Virus record (IMG/VR): IMGVR_UViG_3300045016_000140
Coordinates: 10,670 to 74,669 of that record
Strand: one strand, 5' to 3'
Origin: a virus
Length of the DNA: 64,000 nucleotides
Made by a program: the position numbers and the translations under genes. Below, in pieces: positions 1 to 10,473 of the stretch (the stretch's first letter is position 1; every line of letters begins with the position of its first letter). Below the pieces are notes generated by a model that worked only from the letters and a program-made list of their open reading frames with translations, searched no databases and was not told the DNA's origin.

Positions 1-659
1 AAAAGCATAACAAGGAATGCAATGCGAGACTCGAGCAGATTAAGAATCAGGAATCTGTTATCGCTAAGATTAAGGCCGAGGTGAATGAGTATGGGAAGCT
101 AATAGATGAGTTAAACGTCAAATTATCTAGCAATCAGCAGAAGCATGCCCAGTTGCTTGATAGAATTCGTAAGTTGGACACCATATTAGAACACATTAAT
201 TACATTTATAGTGCATATAGCGATAGGCGTAAAATTAAGAGTTATATGCTCCAGGAGTATATTCCATATTTTAACGATAGGTTATCATATTATATGGATA
301 GATTCGAGCTTGATTTGAGGATTGAGTTTACGAATGCTTTGACTGCACAGTCTAATTTGTGGGGGTATAATTGGTTTAGTGGTGGTGAGCGCAAAAGGTT
401 TGACGTCGCAATGATGTTTGCCATGTTTGACGTTCATTCGGTTATGTATGGGCGGCAATGCAACATAATTGTTCTGGACGAGGTTGACGGGCACATAGAC
501 CCGCGCGCTTCTAAGCTATTTGCCAACATCATAAGAGATGATTTTTCGGGTAAGGTTGATTCTGTGTTCGTGATTAGTCAGAGGCGTGACATGCGTGGAG
601 CGTTTCCAGCCGAACTTAAGGTGCGTAGAGATGGTCGACAGTCGCACATTGTTTACTGA
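1..659 (+). CDS. SbcC/Rad50 (T4 gp46-like) recombination ATPase, C-terminal part, truncated by window start
   Basis: Coiled-coil followed by ABC signature FSGGE, Walker B IIVLDE, D-loop-like DGHID; the H-switch position reads ISQ. Confidence 0.85.
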   Translation, partial: KHNKECNARLEQIKNQESVIAKIKAEVNEYGKLIDELNVKLSSNQQKHAQLLDRIRKLDTILEHINYIYSAYSDRRKIKSYMLQEYIPYFNDRLSYYMDRFELDLRIEFTNALTAQSNLWGYNWFSGGERKRFDVAMMFAMFDVHSVMYGRQCNIIVLDEVDGHIDPRASKLFANIIRDDFSGKVDSVFVISQRRDMRGAFPAELKVRRDGRQSHIVY

Positions 660-2283
660 TAAAATATCGCATGACGAAATCATGAAGTATTTTCCGATGC
701 CCAAGCCGCGTCGAGGGCAGCTTGAATCCATAAAATTTGCCATAGATGCGTTTAACGGCGGTAAGAAGTATGTGGTTCTGGAGATGCCGACGGGTAGCGG
801 CAAGAGTGTAATTGGCATAACCATAGCTAAATATTATCAGTCCGCGTATTATCTCACGGTTAATAAATATTTGCAGGATCAATTATCGGTTGAATTCGGC
901 CATGGTGGGAAATATGGGCAGCATTTGGTTGATCTGAAAGGCAGAAATGCTTATGAATGCACATATTATAGGTTGAATGCCAATCAGCAGAAAGATAAGG
1001 ACAAGGCAGAGATCTGGCGTACGCAATATTATAATTGTGCGGAAGGACTCTGCCGTAAACATGGTAAGTCAAAATATGAGTCGTGCATTAGCGAGTCATT
1101 ATGCCCATATTTTGTGAAGGTTGATCAGGCTATGCTTTCGCCCATTTGCTCCATGAATTTTGCCGCATTTCTGCATCAGATACATTTTACTGATAGGTTT
1201 GGCCAGCGGGAGTTGCTGATTATCGATGAATGTCATGCAGCCGAGTCTCAGCTTATGAATTTCATTACTTTAACCATAACGGATTTGGAGCTTGGTGATT
1301 TGAAAATTCCGGAGTATGATGAGCCGGAAGATTATGCTAAGTGGTTATGTGACAATTGTGTGATTGCCATATTGAGCAAGCGTGCGGCTGAAGCGACATC
1401 TAACCAAGACATAAAGCGTGTTGATTCATTAAATGCAACCATTAGCAAAATGAGATGGTTCATTAAAGAGATGAATGACAGCAACCATGATAAATGGGTG
1501 TGTGAGTGTGGCAAAATCACCGGGACTCAGTATAATAAAGTGGTGTTTAAACCGGTGTATGTTAAACGCCAGGCTTTCGATTATTTATTGTCAATGGGTG
1601 CTAGGGTATTGATGATGTCGGCCACCGTGCTCAATGCTAAAGTATTGACTTCATCGCTTGGCATTGGACGCGAAGAGTATGCAGCCAAGAGATTGCCCAG
1701 TTATTTCCCGATTGATAATCGCCCAATATATTATAGACCCGCCGCCAAGATAACTGGCGGGCAAGACAACCAAAATATTTGGGGACCTAAATTGATTTCG
1801 GCCGTTGATGACATACTCGAGACGCACAAAGATGTGCGTGGCATCATACATACGCATAATTTTGCGATAGCTAGGCTAATATTAGCCAGTTCAAACTATA
1901 AGAATAGGCTATTATTCCAAGAGGATTTCATCAATAAGTCCGCGATGGTTGATGAGCATAGACGCAGGACTAACTCGGTAATAATTGCTCCCGCGATGCA
2001 TGAGGGTATATCTTTAGATGATGATCTGAGTAGATTTCAGATAGTGTGTAAGGTACCTTTCCCGAATTTCTATGAAGATAAACAATTGGCCGCCAGGAAG
2101 GAGCTTGACGGCCCATATTATAATTGGGTAGTGGCCTTGAAGCTCGTTCAATCTGTTGGGCGGAGCATTAGAAGCGACACTGATTGGGCTAAGACATATA
2201 TTCTTGATGGATCGTTCATGTGGTGGTATAAGTACAATTCAGCCATATTGCCAGCTTGGTTCAAAGATGCCATTATATGGTGA
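586..2283 (+). CDS. DinG/XPD(Rad3)-family Fe-S SF2 helicase (true start probably about 649-682)
   Basis: Q-motif PRRGQ, Walker A PTGSGKS, four spaced Cys after LKGRNAYEC, DECH, MSAT, QSVGRSIRS. Confidence 0.88.
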   Translation: MTCVERFQPNLRCVEMVDSRTLFTDKISHDEIMKYFPMPKPRRGQLESIKFAIDAFNGGKKYVVLEMPTGSGKSVIGITIAKYYQSAYYLTVNKYLQDQLSVEFGHGGKYGQHLVDLKGRNAYECTYYRLNANQQKDKDKAEIWRTQYYNCAEGLCRKHGKSKYESCISESLCPYFVKVDQAMLSPICSMNFAAFLHQIHFTDRFGQRELLIIDECHAAESQLMNFITLTITDLELGDLKIPEYDEPEDYAKWLCDNCVIAILSKRAAEATSNQDIKRVDSLNATISKMRWFIKEMNDSNHDKWVCECGKITGTQYNKVVFKPVYVKRQAFDYLLSMGARVLMMSATVLNAKVLTSSLGIGREEYAAKRLPSYFPIDNRPIYYRPAAKITGGQDNQNIWGPKLISAVDDILETHKDVRGIIHTHNFAIARLILASSNYKNRLLFQEDFINKSAMVDEHRRRTNSVIIAPAMHEGISLDDDLSRFQIVCKVPFPNFYEDKQLAARKELDGPYYNWVVALKLVQSVGRSIRSDTDWAKTYILDGSFMWWYKYNSAILPAWFKDAIIW

Positions 2284-2307
2284 TCGAGCATAGCTCAAAT
2301 ATACAAT

Positions 2308-4236
2308 ATGGGTAAACAATATATATCAAATCTTGGCATTGTATATCATGATGTCATTTTTGAAGATGAGAAGATAGTTAAACCCGGTCGTATACGCACA
2401 TGGGATTTAAACTATAAGCAAAGAGCGAATACGATTGCCAGAAGCATAAAACGTAATTATGAGCAAGCCAAGAGACATGCCATTCCACAAGTATTCTTGA
2501 GATTTTTGCAACGCAAGCTTAATAAGCCATATATCGATATGAAGAGGCTAGTTGGCTTAGAGCCGCTTAAGACGATAAAGGTTGGCGATAAAGATGTCAG
2601 CGTATCACTGATATCATTAAATGATTTATTGAATATTGAGAATTATGGCGAAGAGTGGGATAAAATATTCTATTATATTAAGAGCATAAAGAGACCTGAC
2701 AGTGTGCACAATATATATCCTGACATTAAAGACCCGAGTCTTGATGCGACAACACATGGGTATGCGCTCACTAGACCGGTGTACATCTATCATGTCCGCA
2801 GCATGCTGGAGGACATTAAAAAATATGCACTAGCGGCCGGACACGCAGAAAATGTACATTTGAAAGATGATGAAAAGCTTAAAGCGCGACAAATTAGTGA
2901 TTTTATGAAGAGCGCCGCTAAATATATGGTTGGCGAGGTAAGGTATAATATCTGTAATAAATTAGAGTCTGGGCTTAGGGCGATCATTATCGATTATTTA
3001 TTCAATGGCAATACAGAAATTGATGAACAGATAGTGAAAGAATTTCTCATGTCAATGGAGATAAAATATCAAGATGGTGATTTAGCAAAATATGCATACT
3101 CTATTAATCATAGGAGGCAGGAAGCTGCCGATAGGTCAGTCGCTGCAGCTCGCGCTAAAGTAGCGAATGCCATAGATAATAAATTCGGTTTAAATGAATT
3201 ACACGACGCCTTGCTTGATATTGAGCAGGAGCATGGTATCAATGCGGCCATCAGCACAATGTCGAGAAAATTAAGTATGTCGCGTGCCAAGCTAATTGAC
3301 ATGCTACATGATGTCTTTGTGAACGTTAAGGGTGGGAAAATCCATTTAATTAGCAATGATCCAGACGAATTGACGATCGCTAAGTTAGCGACTGCCCGGA
3401 AAGCCATGATCAAATCATACTCTACTGGTAAATTGCGTACTGATAAGAAAACTACGCTGCACGTTGGACTTGAGATTGTTCCCGGCAATAAACCGCTAGA
3501 ATCGAAGAAAGAGGCATTCCTGAAGTGTGTTGAGATTTCAGGTAAACCCAAATTAATGGATCCGAAAATTCGTCCAATTGTTGATAAGGCCTTTGATGGG
3601 ACCATTGATGCGAATCATCCTAGGCAGCAGAACATTAACAAATGCAAAGAAATGTACACTAAAGGCTCATTTAATGCAGAAGTAGAAACATATATTGAGA
3701 CAATTAAGAATAAGAAATTCCAAGATAACCGAATATATGGAGATCCGACGCTAAATAAATACACACAATATGTGCGACAAGAAAAAGGAGAAGAGGAAGT
3801 TAGCGGCATAATGGTGGTTGATAGAACGGTTGCAGTTATCGGCATATTTGAGAAAGATCAATATGTGTGTATTGATACGCATGACGGGAAGTTCATACTG
3901 GCAACGGCTGAATATTGGCGCAATAATGGCATCAATATTGTCTCGGGTGATTTAGTGGACATTATGGAGGCGGTGGAAGTACAGCCATCCGAACAAATCG
4001 CATGTAAATTTAGGAAGTCAAATTATTTAATGAGCGATGATGAAATGAAGTTTTCTCTATCGTATGTTGTGCTGCATGAGTGGGTGGATACATGGAATGC
4101 GGTTGTTAAAAAGACCGTTGAAGAGATAAATAATGTGGCGAATGCTTCCATACATATTCCTTTGATCGCTGCCCAGGGTGCGCCTAGCACATCTACCACG
4201 CCTATGCCCGGAGAATTTACGGGCGAGTCTGAATGA
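2308..4236 (+). CDS. hypothetical protein, 642 aa, possibly late/virion
   Basis: Long ORF; CAAATATA motif ends 4 nt before the ATG; no recognised domain. Confidence 0.6.
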   Translation: MGKQYISNLGIVYHDVIFEDEKIVKPGRIRTWDLNYKQRANTIARSIKRNYEQAKRHAIPQVFLRFLQRKLNKPYIDMKRLVGLEPLKTIKVGDKDVSVSLISLNDLLNIENYGEEWDKIFYYIKSIKRPDSVHNIYPDIKDPSLDATTHGYALTRPVYIYHVRSMLEDIKKYALAAGHAENVHLKDDEKLKARQISDFMKSAAKYMVGEVRYNICNKLESGLRAIIIDYLFNGNTEIDEQIVKEFLMSMEIKYQDGDLAKYAYSINHRRQEAADRSVAAARAKVANAIDNKFGLNELHDALLDIEQEHGINAAISTMSRKLSMSRAKLIDMLHDVFVNVKGGKIHLISNDPDELTIAKLATARKAMIKSYSTGKLRTDKKTTLHVGLEIVPGNKPLESKKEAFLKCVEISGKPKLMDPKIRPIVDKAFDGTIDANHPRQQNINKCKEMYTKGSFNAEVETYIETIKNKKFQDNRIYGDPTLNKYTQYVRQEKGEEEVSGIMVVDRTVAVIGIFEKDQYVCIDTHDGKFILATAEYWRNNGINIVSGDLVDIMEAVEVQPSEQIACKFRKSNYLMSDDEMKFSLSYVVLHEWVDTWNAVVKKTVEEINNVANASIHIPLIAAQGAPSTSTTPMPGEFTGESE

Positions 4237-4261
4237 ACGTATTTTAAAGTTAGAGGTACAA

Positions 4262-4702
4262 ATGTTAAACGAGCAAGGCATGACTCCGGTCAATGAGTGG
4301 CTCTCATTAGTTGATAGCACACAACATCAAACCATTAAAGATCAAGTATTACAATTAGACACTACTGGCAATGGCATTGGTTTTATCATATATATAGCAA
4401 TGTGTGATGATTATAATGCCGACGACGGGGCAGTGTGCGGATCGTCGGCCGAGCTTGTTTCTAAGCCGATTGTTAAGCTCAAAGGGTTGTGGCACGTTAT
4501 AATTGACGAAACGTTTTCGGACATATCTGCGGCCATGTTTAGGGCGTTTAGTACACTGCTTAACGAGCACGCAAAGCACGCAAATGACGCAAATGACGCA
4601 AATGACGCAAATGACGCAAATGACGCAAATGCAAATGCAAACACAAATCACGGACCAGGTTATGGACCAGGCTATCCAGACGACCCCGAACAAGGAGATT
4701 AA
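4262..4702 (+). CDS. hypothetical protein with C-terminal AND repeats
   Basis: AGAGG SD before ATG 4262; 9-bp GCAAATGAC tandem repeat near the 3' end. Confidence 0.55.
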   Translation: MLNEQGMTPVNEWLSLVDSTQHQTIKDQVLQLDTTGNGIGFIIYIAMCDDYNADDGAVCGSSAELVSKPIVKLKGLWHVIIDETFSDISAAMFRAFSTLLNEHAKHANDANDANDANDANDANANANTNHGPGYGPGYPDDPEQGD

Positions 4703-5171
4703 GATAGTAGGCCACGATGGCGCGATAATTAGCAATTATACCATATTAAACGATCTAGGAAATTTTGTAAAAGTTAAAAACCTCACAACCGGTAAAATTT
4801 TAGTGATTCACCGCAAAAGAATCATTAAAGATGCATCTCAAGTGTGCATTAAAGCTCAAAAACATAAGAAGCCAAAAGCCCAACAAAATACGATAGACGT
4901 CAGAACGCTTGCCTCGCATGGCGAATTATGGGTAAAGAAGAAGCTTGAATTTGATTATGACGTTGAAGTAAATGGATATTGCCTAATATTTGAGCAACAA
5001 AATACATATATATTTTTTAACACATATAATGGCACATTTGGACGCAAAAATAATGCCCCACCATTTGACGACATCAAACACGGAATAAAAAAGGGATATA
5101 GCTTAAATAATGATGTTGCTGGGTTGCGATCTAAACTTACGTTAAAAGGATATAAATTATTCACGCTCTAA
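4662..5171 (+). CDS. hypothetical protein (start uncertain)
   Basis: Open frame from 4503; ATG 4662 gives a plausible short overlap with the upstream gene. Confidence 0.5.
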   Translation: MDQAIQTTPNKEIKIVGHDGAIISNYTILNDLGNFVKVKNLTTGKILVIHRKRIIKDASQVCIKAQKHKKPKAQQNTIDVRTLASHGELWVKKKLEFDYDVEVNGYCLIFEQQNTYIFFNTYNGTFGRKNNAPPFDDIKHGIKKGYSLNNDVAGLRSKLTLKGYKLFTL

Positions 5172-5195
5172 TAACAGCCTTTGTAAGTTAACATT

Positions 5196-5579
5196 GTGCA
5201 AAATGGATACTATATAGGGTGGAAAGTAAAAGATAAAGAGTACAATATTTGGTATTATCGCGTCGGCATCGCATATCATATAGGGCCAGTAGAAGACAAA
5301 TTAATTGCTCAGTATGGTTTAAATCCTAGATACGACCTGATCAAACACGGATTACATAGCAAGGAAACGTTCGAATGGGGTGAAGGATGCAATAGGAATT
5401 CCGCTATGCAATTAGCTATAGCTATATGTGCGTCAATCTTTAAAGATGACGCTAGAGCTCTAAAAATATATAAGCATGTCTATGAAGATATTATCATACG
5501 CATGCCAGGAGAATGGACATATAAACATAAAGAATTATATGATAAGATTATAGACGTTGAAAACAAATATAGGGTGTGA
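5196..5579 (+). CDS. DUF6166-like phage protein
   Basis: HSKETFEWGEG...QLAIAI resembles the HSPxGFEWGYGGSGPAQLA pattern recalled for this family. Confidence 0.45.
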   Translation: MQNGYYIGWKVKDKEYNIWYYRVGIAYHIGPVEDKLIAQYGLNPRYDLIKHGLHSKETFEWGEGCNRNSAMQLAIAICASIFKDDARALKIYKHVYEDIIIRMPGEWTYKHKELYDKIIDVENKYRV

Positions 5580-5776
5580 GACTTGCCAAATTATATCGTA
5601 AACAGCCAATGGCTTTATCTACAAGAGTGTGGCAGCCGGAAGGACACTCTTTAGGTAAGCCAAAGAAACGATGGTATAATAAGGCTGCTCGTGATTCTAA
5701 ACCATATAGATGGCCAGCCGTTTCATTCCACGGGCAGTCTGAAGGTTGGAAAGAGCATCAATTAGTTAGACAATAA
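5576..5776 (+). CDS. small basic hypothetical protein
   Basis: GTGA overlap with the upstream stop; N-terminus MRLAKLY resembles MRLTSLY at 11130. Confidence 0.45.
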   Translation: MRLAKLYRKQPMALSTRVWQPEGHSLGKPKKRWYNKAARDSKPYRWPAVSFHGQSEGWKEHQLVRQ

Positions 5777-5865
5777 ATCACTTCTAGCTTACTATGGCTA
5801 TACCATATATATTGTGCATTATTTTAAGTCAAATTTATTATTAGAATTCACAACAGGAGCCAGCA

Positions 5866-8676
5866 ATGGCAGTGTATCTAAGCCCAGGCGTTTACACTCG
5901 TGAAATTGACCAGAGCGTTCTACCAAGTGCGCTTGGTGCGCTCAGGCCAGCACTCATCGGCACCGCCAAAAAAGGTCCGATGAATACTCCAACATTAATC
6001 ACCAATGCCCAGCAATTCATTGATACATTTGGTGAGCCAATAACCACCAGCTATCTCGGATATGCTGTATTACAATATCTTGAGGAAGGCACATCTTGCT
6101 GGGTGATGCGAATCGGTGTGGAGTATAAAGATAGCTGGCCAGCCGGACTAATCAGCGACACAATCGACACCAGCGGCGGGAGAAGCCAAGGCTGGGGCCG
6201 AATACCAGTATTCCGCGGCATAGATTACGGCACAATATACTTTCGACAAGTCACCACAGCTAACCCAGTCGTACTGCACACTTCCACAGTTTCCGACATA
6301 ACTTATACCGAAGCAACAGCACCATCATCCGGTCCCTCATGCATTGCGACCTTGATATTTAGTTCAACGGCGTATACCGGATGTGCCGACGCAGTGTATA
6401 CGCTTACAATCACTGGCTTGCCTACGTATGCTCCATTGGAAGGATCGACATATACGGTGACGGACCAGGATGGCGATGTCATTAAGACTGGCACGATCCA
6501 TGTAACGGGCGGCACCGGCACGATCCCAGATGACAGTGTGCCAATCGACATTGGTAGCGGACTTGTTTTCCAGATTAGAGTTAGCAATGGCGTGTCACTA
6601 GGAATAGGCGACACATTCACCTTTAGCGCTAGACCAGACAATAGAACCATGTCGGTGCTGGTTGAAGGCGTCGCTGGCAGTTATGTAATTGCGGCAGGAA
6701 CGTACACCACTGCCGCGTCGCTGGTCTTAGCGATGATAACCGCCACCGGTTCTGGCGCTGACATTACTCCCGTAGTTCTGACGAACAGCAGCGGCACGAG
6801 CGTTCCAGCTATTAGGACCTCGGCCGCCGGAAGATGGTTGCAGCTCACTGGCACATGTGCCTTCGCTACAGAGATGGGTGTCTCACAATATACATACGAT
6901 TTCCCACGAAGTTACATGATTGCCACCAATCCAGCCCCATATTCAATGACCACAAGTAACAATGAAATAGTGATGGACGTCATCAGCAATACTTCAACGC
7001 GGACATTTGATTTCTATGTCGCCACTGGCTCACATGTAACCGTCGCATCGCTGGTTGCTCAATTCAATGCCAACAACACATACAGCGGTGCAACATACTT
7101 TAACGCCGTCGAACTTACCATTCCTGGTGGGACTACCAGGATGGTGGTCACAACGGACGTGACCAATTACATGTCGCAACTCAAGATGCAGGCGACGTTC
7201 GTTTATGTCAAATGCCTTCGATTTACTGACGAAGTCGGCATTGATTACCCATTTACAAGTTTCTATCGTGCCTTCACGGATACTCGTCGCGTTTTACCAG
7301 AGGCAGGGCACACAACTCCGAGCACGCCGTACTCGTGCGAGCTTAACCCATTGAGCGCTCAATGTGCGGTTGACACAGCATACTTTGCGAACATAGTTGG
7401 ATGGGTTGTTGCCAAGTATGCTGGCACATGGTCGAGCAATTATTCCATCACCCTTGAGCCATATGTTGAAGGCACTGGCGATGTAGCCGGAAGATATAAG
7501 ATAACAGTCTACGATAATTATAACCAGCCAGTTGATGTAGTTAGCGATGTAACATTCATTTCTACCGACACAAGATATATCGGCAACGTTGTGAACGCAG
7601 GAAGTACGATTGGCGGTGTAAACGGCAACTCATATTACCAATGGGAGATGAGGCCAGCCGCGCTTATCGACACTTCCGACCCACGATATCCAGGCGCACT
7701 CTATGACAAAGCGTTCACCGGCGGAGCTAACGGCATACCGAGCATCTCGACGTATAGCTCAGAACTTGACAATGCCGTGATTGGTAACCCGGCTACTGGT
7801 TCAGGATTATATGCCCTGCAGAATCCTGAAGCGTATGACTTTAACCTCTTGATAATTCCGGGATTCACGAGCGGTGCAGTCATCGGCCAGGCTCTGCAGT
7901 TCTGTGAAAACCGTGGTGACGTGCTCTTCCTAGTTGACTCACCATATGGCTTGAAGCCACAACAGGTAATTGAATGGCACAATGGCATGCTAGTTAGCGA
8001 TCTAGCAGCAGCCATCAATAGTTCATATGGCGCATTATATTGGAGCTGGCTCAAGATATCTGACCAGTTCAACGGTGGAACAATATGGGTCCCGCCATCG
8101 GGTGCAGTTGGTGCGGTTTTTGCCCGTACGGCCAGGGTTGCTGAGCAATGGTTTGCTCCGGCTGGTGTGAATAGAGGTAGATTGCTTACGGCCATCGACA
8201 TCGAGTACAACCCATCGCTTGGCGAGCGCGATAACCTCTATGGGTCAGGAAACGCCGTTAACCCGATCACTAAGTTCACCCGTGATGGCATAATGATCTG
8301 GGGTCAGAGGACGCTGCAACGGACATCGTCTGCTCTTGATCGTGTGAACGTTAGAATGTTGCTGATCTATATTAAGGTTAACTTGCAGCGCGTCTTGCGA
8401 GCCTTTGTGTTTGAGCCTAACGACAGCATCACGCGAGCACAAATTACGGCAGTGATCAAACCATTCCTGGCGGATATTGCGGCAAGGCGAGGGTTGACAT
8501 GGTATCAAGTGATTTGCGATGTCACAAATAACACGCCCGAACGGATCGATCGAAACGAGTTATGGATTACCGTTCTCCTCCAGCCCACGCGGGCGGCAGA
8601 ATTCTTGGTCCTCAACCTTGTGGTGCTCAGGACTGGCGCAAGCGTGGGTACTTCCGAGACTGTTGCGACTGTGTAA
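5866..8676 (+). CDS. contractile tail sheath protein (T4 gp18-like)
   Basis: N-term YLSPGVYTREID and GTAKKGP; C-term WFAPAG.NRG, IWGQRTL, DRVNVR, FEPND, NNTPERIDRNEL; AGGAG SD. Confidence 0.95.
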   Translation: MAVYLSPGVYTREIDQSVLPSALGALRPALIGTAKKGPMNTPTLITNAQQFIDTFGEPITTSYLGYAVLQYLEEGTSCWVMRIGVEYKDSWPAGLISDTIDTSGGRSQGWGRIPVFRGIDYGTIYFRQVTTANPVVLHTSTVSDITYTEATAPSSGPSCIATLIFSSTAYTGCADAVYTLTITGLPTYAPLEGSTYTVTDQDGDVIKTGTIHVTGGTGTIPDDSVPIDIGSGLVFQIRVSNGVSLGIGDTFTFSARPDNRTMSVLVEGVAGSYVIAAGTYTTAASLVLAMITATGSGADITPVVLTNSSGTSVPAIRTSAAGRWLQLTGTCAFATEMGVSQYTYDFPRSYMIATNPAPYSMTTSNNEIVMDVISNTSTRTFDFYVATGSHVTVASLVAQFNANNTYSGATYFNAVELTIPGGTTRMVVTTDVTNYMSQLKMQATFVYVKCLRFTDEVGIDYPFTSFYRAFTDTRRVLPEAGHTTPSTPYSCELNPLSAQCAVDTAYFANIVGWVVAKYAGTWSSNYSITLEPYVEGTGDVAGRYKITVYDNYNQPVDVVSDVTFISTDTRYIGNVVNAGSTIGGVNGNSYYQWEMRPAALIDTSDPRYPGALYDKAFTGGANGIPSISTYSSELDNAVIGNPATGSGLYALQNPEAYDFNLLIIPGFTSGAVIGQALQFCENRGDVLFLVDSPYGLKPQQVIEWHNGMLVSDLAAAINSSYGALYWSWLKISDQFNGGTIWVPPSGAVGAVFARTARVAEQWFAPAGVNRGRLLTAIDIEYNPSLGERDNLYGSGNAVNPITKFTRDGIMIWGQRTLQRTSSALDRVNVRMLLIYIKVNLQRVLRAFVFEPNDSITRAQITAVIKPFLADIAARRGLTWYQVICDVTNNTPERIDRNELWITVLLQPTRAAEFLVLNLVVLRTGASVGTSETVATV

Positions 8677-8693
8677 AGACGTATTTAAATGAT

Positions 8694-10436
8694 ATGAATG
8701 AAACTTCAAACGCCCCACTAATTGATTTTAGTGGGGCGTTTTCATATCCGAAAACAACATGGGTGAATATCAAATGCGTGAAATGCGACATTGTGCAGTA
8801 TCGTAAGATAACATCTGTCCGTAGCAATCTTAAAAGGAATAGTAATCAATATATATGTCATAAGTGTGCCATCACAGATCCAGAATATGTTCAAAATAAT
8901 TTGATCAAACATCCTAAGACTGGTAGCAAATGGGATTCTAAGATAGATGTTGTCTGTTCTGGGTGTCAGAAGAAGTATAAGATTACTTATCGTGGGTATA
9001 TGCAAGCTGGCGGGAATGGGAAAGTCAGGTGTAGGTCTTGTGCAAATTCCGAGGCGCATGCTTCTGGGAAGTTTAATATATATGACGAGGATTTCAAGAA
9101 TAAGTTGAAGGAGAATAGTGAAAAGTTCTGGGACGAGAATAGGGGTAGGTGGCGGCAGAAGATGGGGCATATGTTTGACAGCGAAGAATATAAGAGATTA
9201 ATGAGTGAATATGGTAAGAAGCCGTGGTCTGACCCAATATATCGTGAGAAGATGTTGCAGTTATGCGATAACCCGGAACATAGAGCTATGATTAGTGAAC
9301 GATTTAAAAAGATGTGGGCAGACACTAAATTTCGCGATAGGATGATGAAACTATATGGCACTAGTGAATGGCGTAAGACAGTAAGTGATGCCGGAAAAAT
9401 TCCTTGGAGCAACCCAGAATTTAGGGCTATGAAGATTAGAACTGCTTCTGATGACGGGAAGAGAGCTTGGCTTGTCCCAGGTTTTCGTGAGAAGATGGCC
9501 ATTGTTCGATCTCAGCAGCCTAGATGTTCTAGTTTGCAGCTGACGTTATATTCTATTTTGGATGATTTAGGCGTTAAACATTATAGGGAGTATATGGATA
9601 AGCCAGCGGATAAGGAATGTATTATTGGGCCGTGGACGTTCGATAGTGTGGTCATTCGGCCTGGGCAGAAAGATTTATTAATTGATGTGAATGATGAGTA
9701 TTGGCATGGTAGTCCTAAGGTTATAGCCAAAGATGCGGCTAAGGCTTCTTATGTCGCCAATAATTTATCTCATAAGTATGAGCTAAAGTATTTGTGGGGT
9801 AACGATTTTATTCAGAAGGATAAGGTTGTTGAAACCATTAAATATTGGCTTGGCATCACTAAGATGCAGGCTATTGATTTTGATTTCAAGACAGTGGCGA
9901 TTAAGCCATCGCCGTCTAAGGATTATAAGCCGTTGCTGGCTAAGTATCATTATCTTCCGAATGCTGGTAGAGGTGGGATTGTATATGGTGGATATATCGG
10001 GGAGGTTTTAGTGTCTGCTTGCGTGTTTTCACCTCTTATTCGTCAAAATATTCATGATAAGCTTGGGTGTGCATATTCTGAGGCTTGCGAATTATCTAGG
10101 TTATGTGTTCATCCGATGTACCAGAAGCATAATTTTGCCTCTTGGTTTGTGAGTAGGTGCATTAAGTCATTGCCCAAGAAGTATAGAGTTGTTGTATCGT
10201 ATTGTGATACTACTTTTAATCATAACGGAGCTGTATATAAGGCTTGTAATTTTGAATATGCTGGTGAGATTAAGCCTGATTATTGGTATGTCGACGCTGA
10301 TGGTTGGACTATGCATAAGCGGACTTTATATGGCCGGGCTGTGAAGTTGAGGATATCTGAGGCTGATTTTGCCAAGAAGTATGGCTATATTAAGGTATAT
10401 GGTGGTAAGAAGTTGAGGTTTATTTATCGGAGATGA
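8694..10436 (+). CDS. fusion: Zn ribbons + W-x-D/N-P helical repeats + Vsr/DUF559-like nuclease domain + Mom-like acetyltransferase (start uncertain, alternative GTG about 8763)
   Basis: CxxC pairs; repeated W.DP.Y/W.NP.FR units; IGPWTFD...LIDVNDEYWHG; C-term YHYL, ELSRLC, ASWFVSRC, SYCD...HNGAVYKACNF. Confidence 0.75.
   Translation: MNETSNAPLIDFSGAFSYPKTTWVNIKCVKCDIVQYRKITSVRSNLKRNSNQYICHKCAITDPEYVQNNLIKHPKTGSKWDSKIDVVCSGCQKKYKITYRGYMQAGGNGKVRCRSCANSEAHASGKFNIYDEDFKNKLKENSEKFWDENRGRWRQKMGHMFDSEEYKRLMSEYGKKPWSDPIYREKMLQLCDNPEHRAMISERFKKMWADTKFRDRMMKLYGTSEWRKTVSDAGKIPWSNPEFRAMKIRTASDDGKRAWLVPGFREKMAIVRSQQPRCSSLQLTLYSILDDLGVKHYREYMDKPADKECIIGPWTFDSVVIRPGQKDLLIDVNDEYWHGSPKVIAKDAAKASYVANNLSHKYELKYLWGNDFIQKDKVVETIKYWLGITKMQAIDFDFKTVAIKPSPSKDYKPLLAKYHYLPNAGRGGIVYGGYIGEVLVSACVFSPLIRQNIHDKLGCAYSEACELSRLCVHPMYQKHNFASWFVSRCIKSLPKKYRVVVSYCDTTFNHNGAVYKACNFEYAGEIKPDYWYVDADGWTMHKRTLYGRAVKLRISEADFAKKYGYIKVYGGKKLRFIYRR
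8708..8742 (+). terminator. intrinsic terminator-like hairpin after the sheath gene
   Basis: 14-bp perfect stem AAACGCCCCACTAA / TTAGTGGGGCGTTT. Confidence 0.75.
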
Positions 10437-10473
10437 CCTGGTTCGCTAGTTTGTAATTCAAAATAGATGGTCT

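Noticed and set aside
4503-4702. Dual-coding AND/QMT repeat overlap
   Set aside because: A 9-bp slippage repeat leaves both frames open; the downstream gene can start at ATG 4662 after the repeat.
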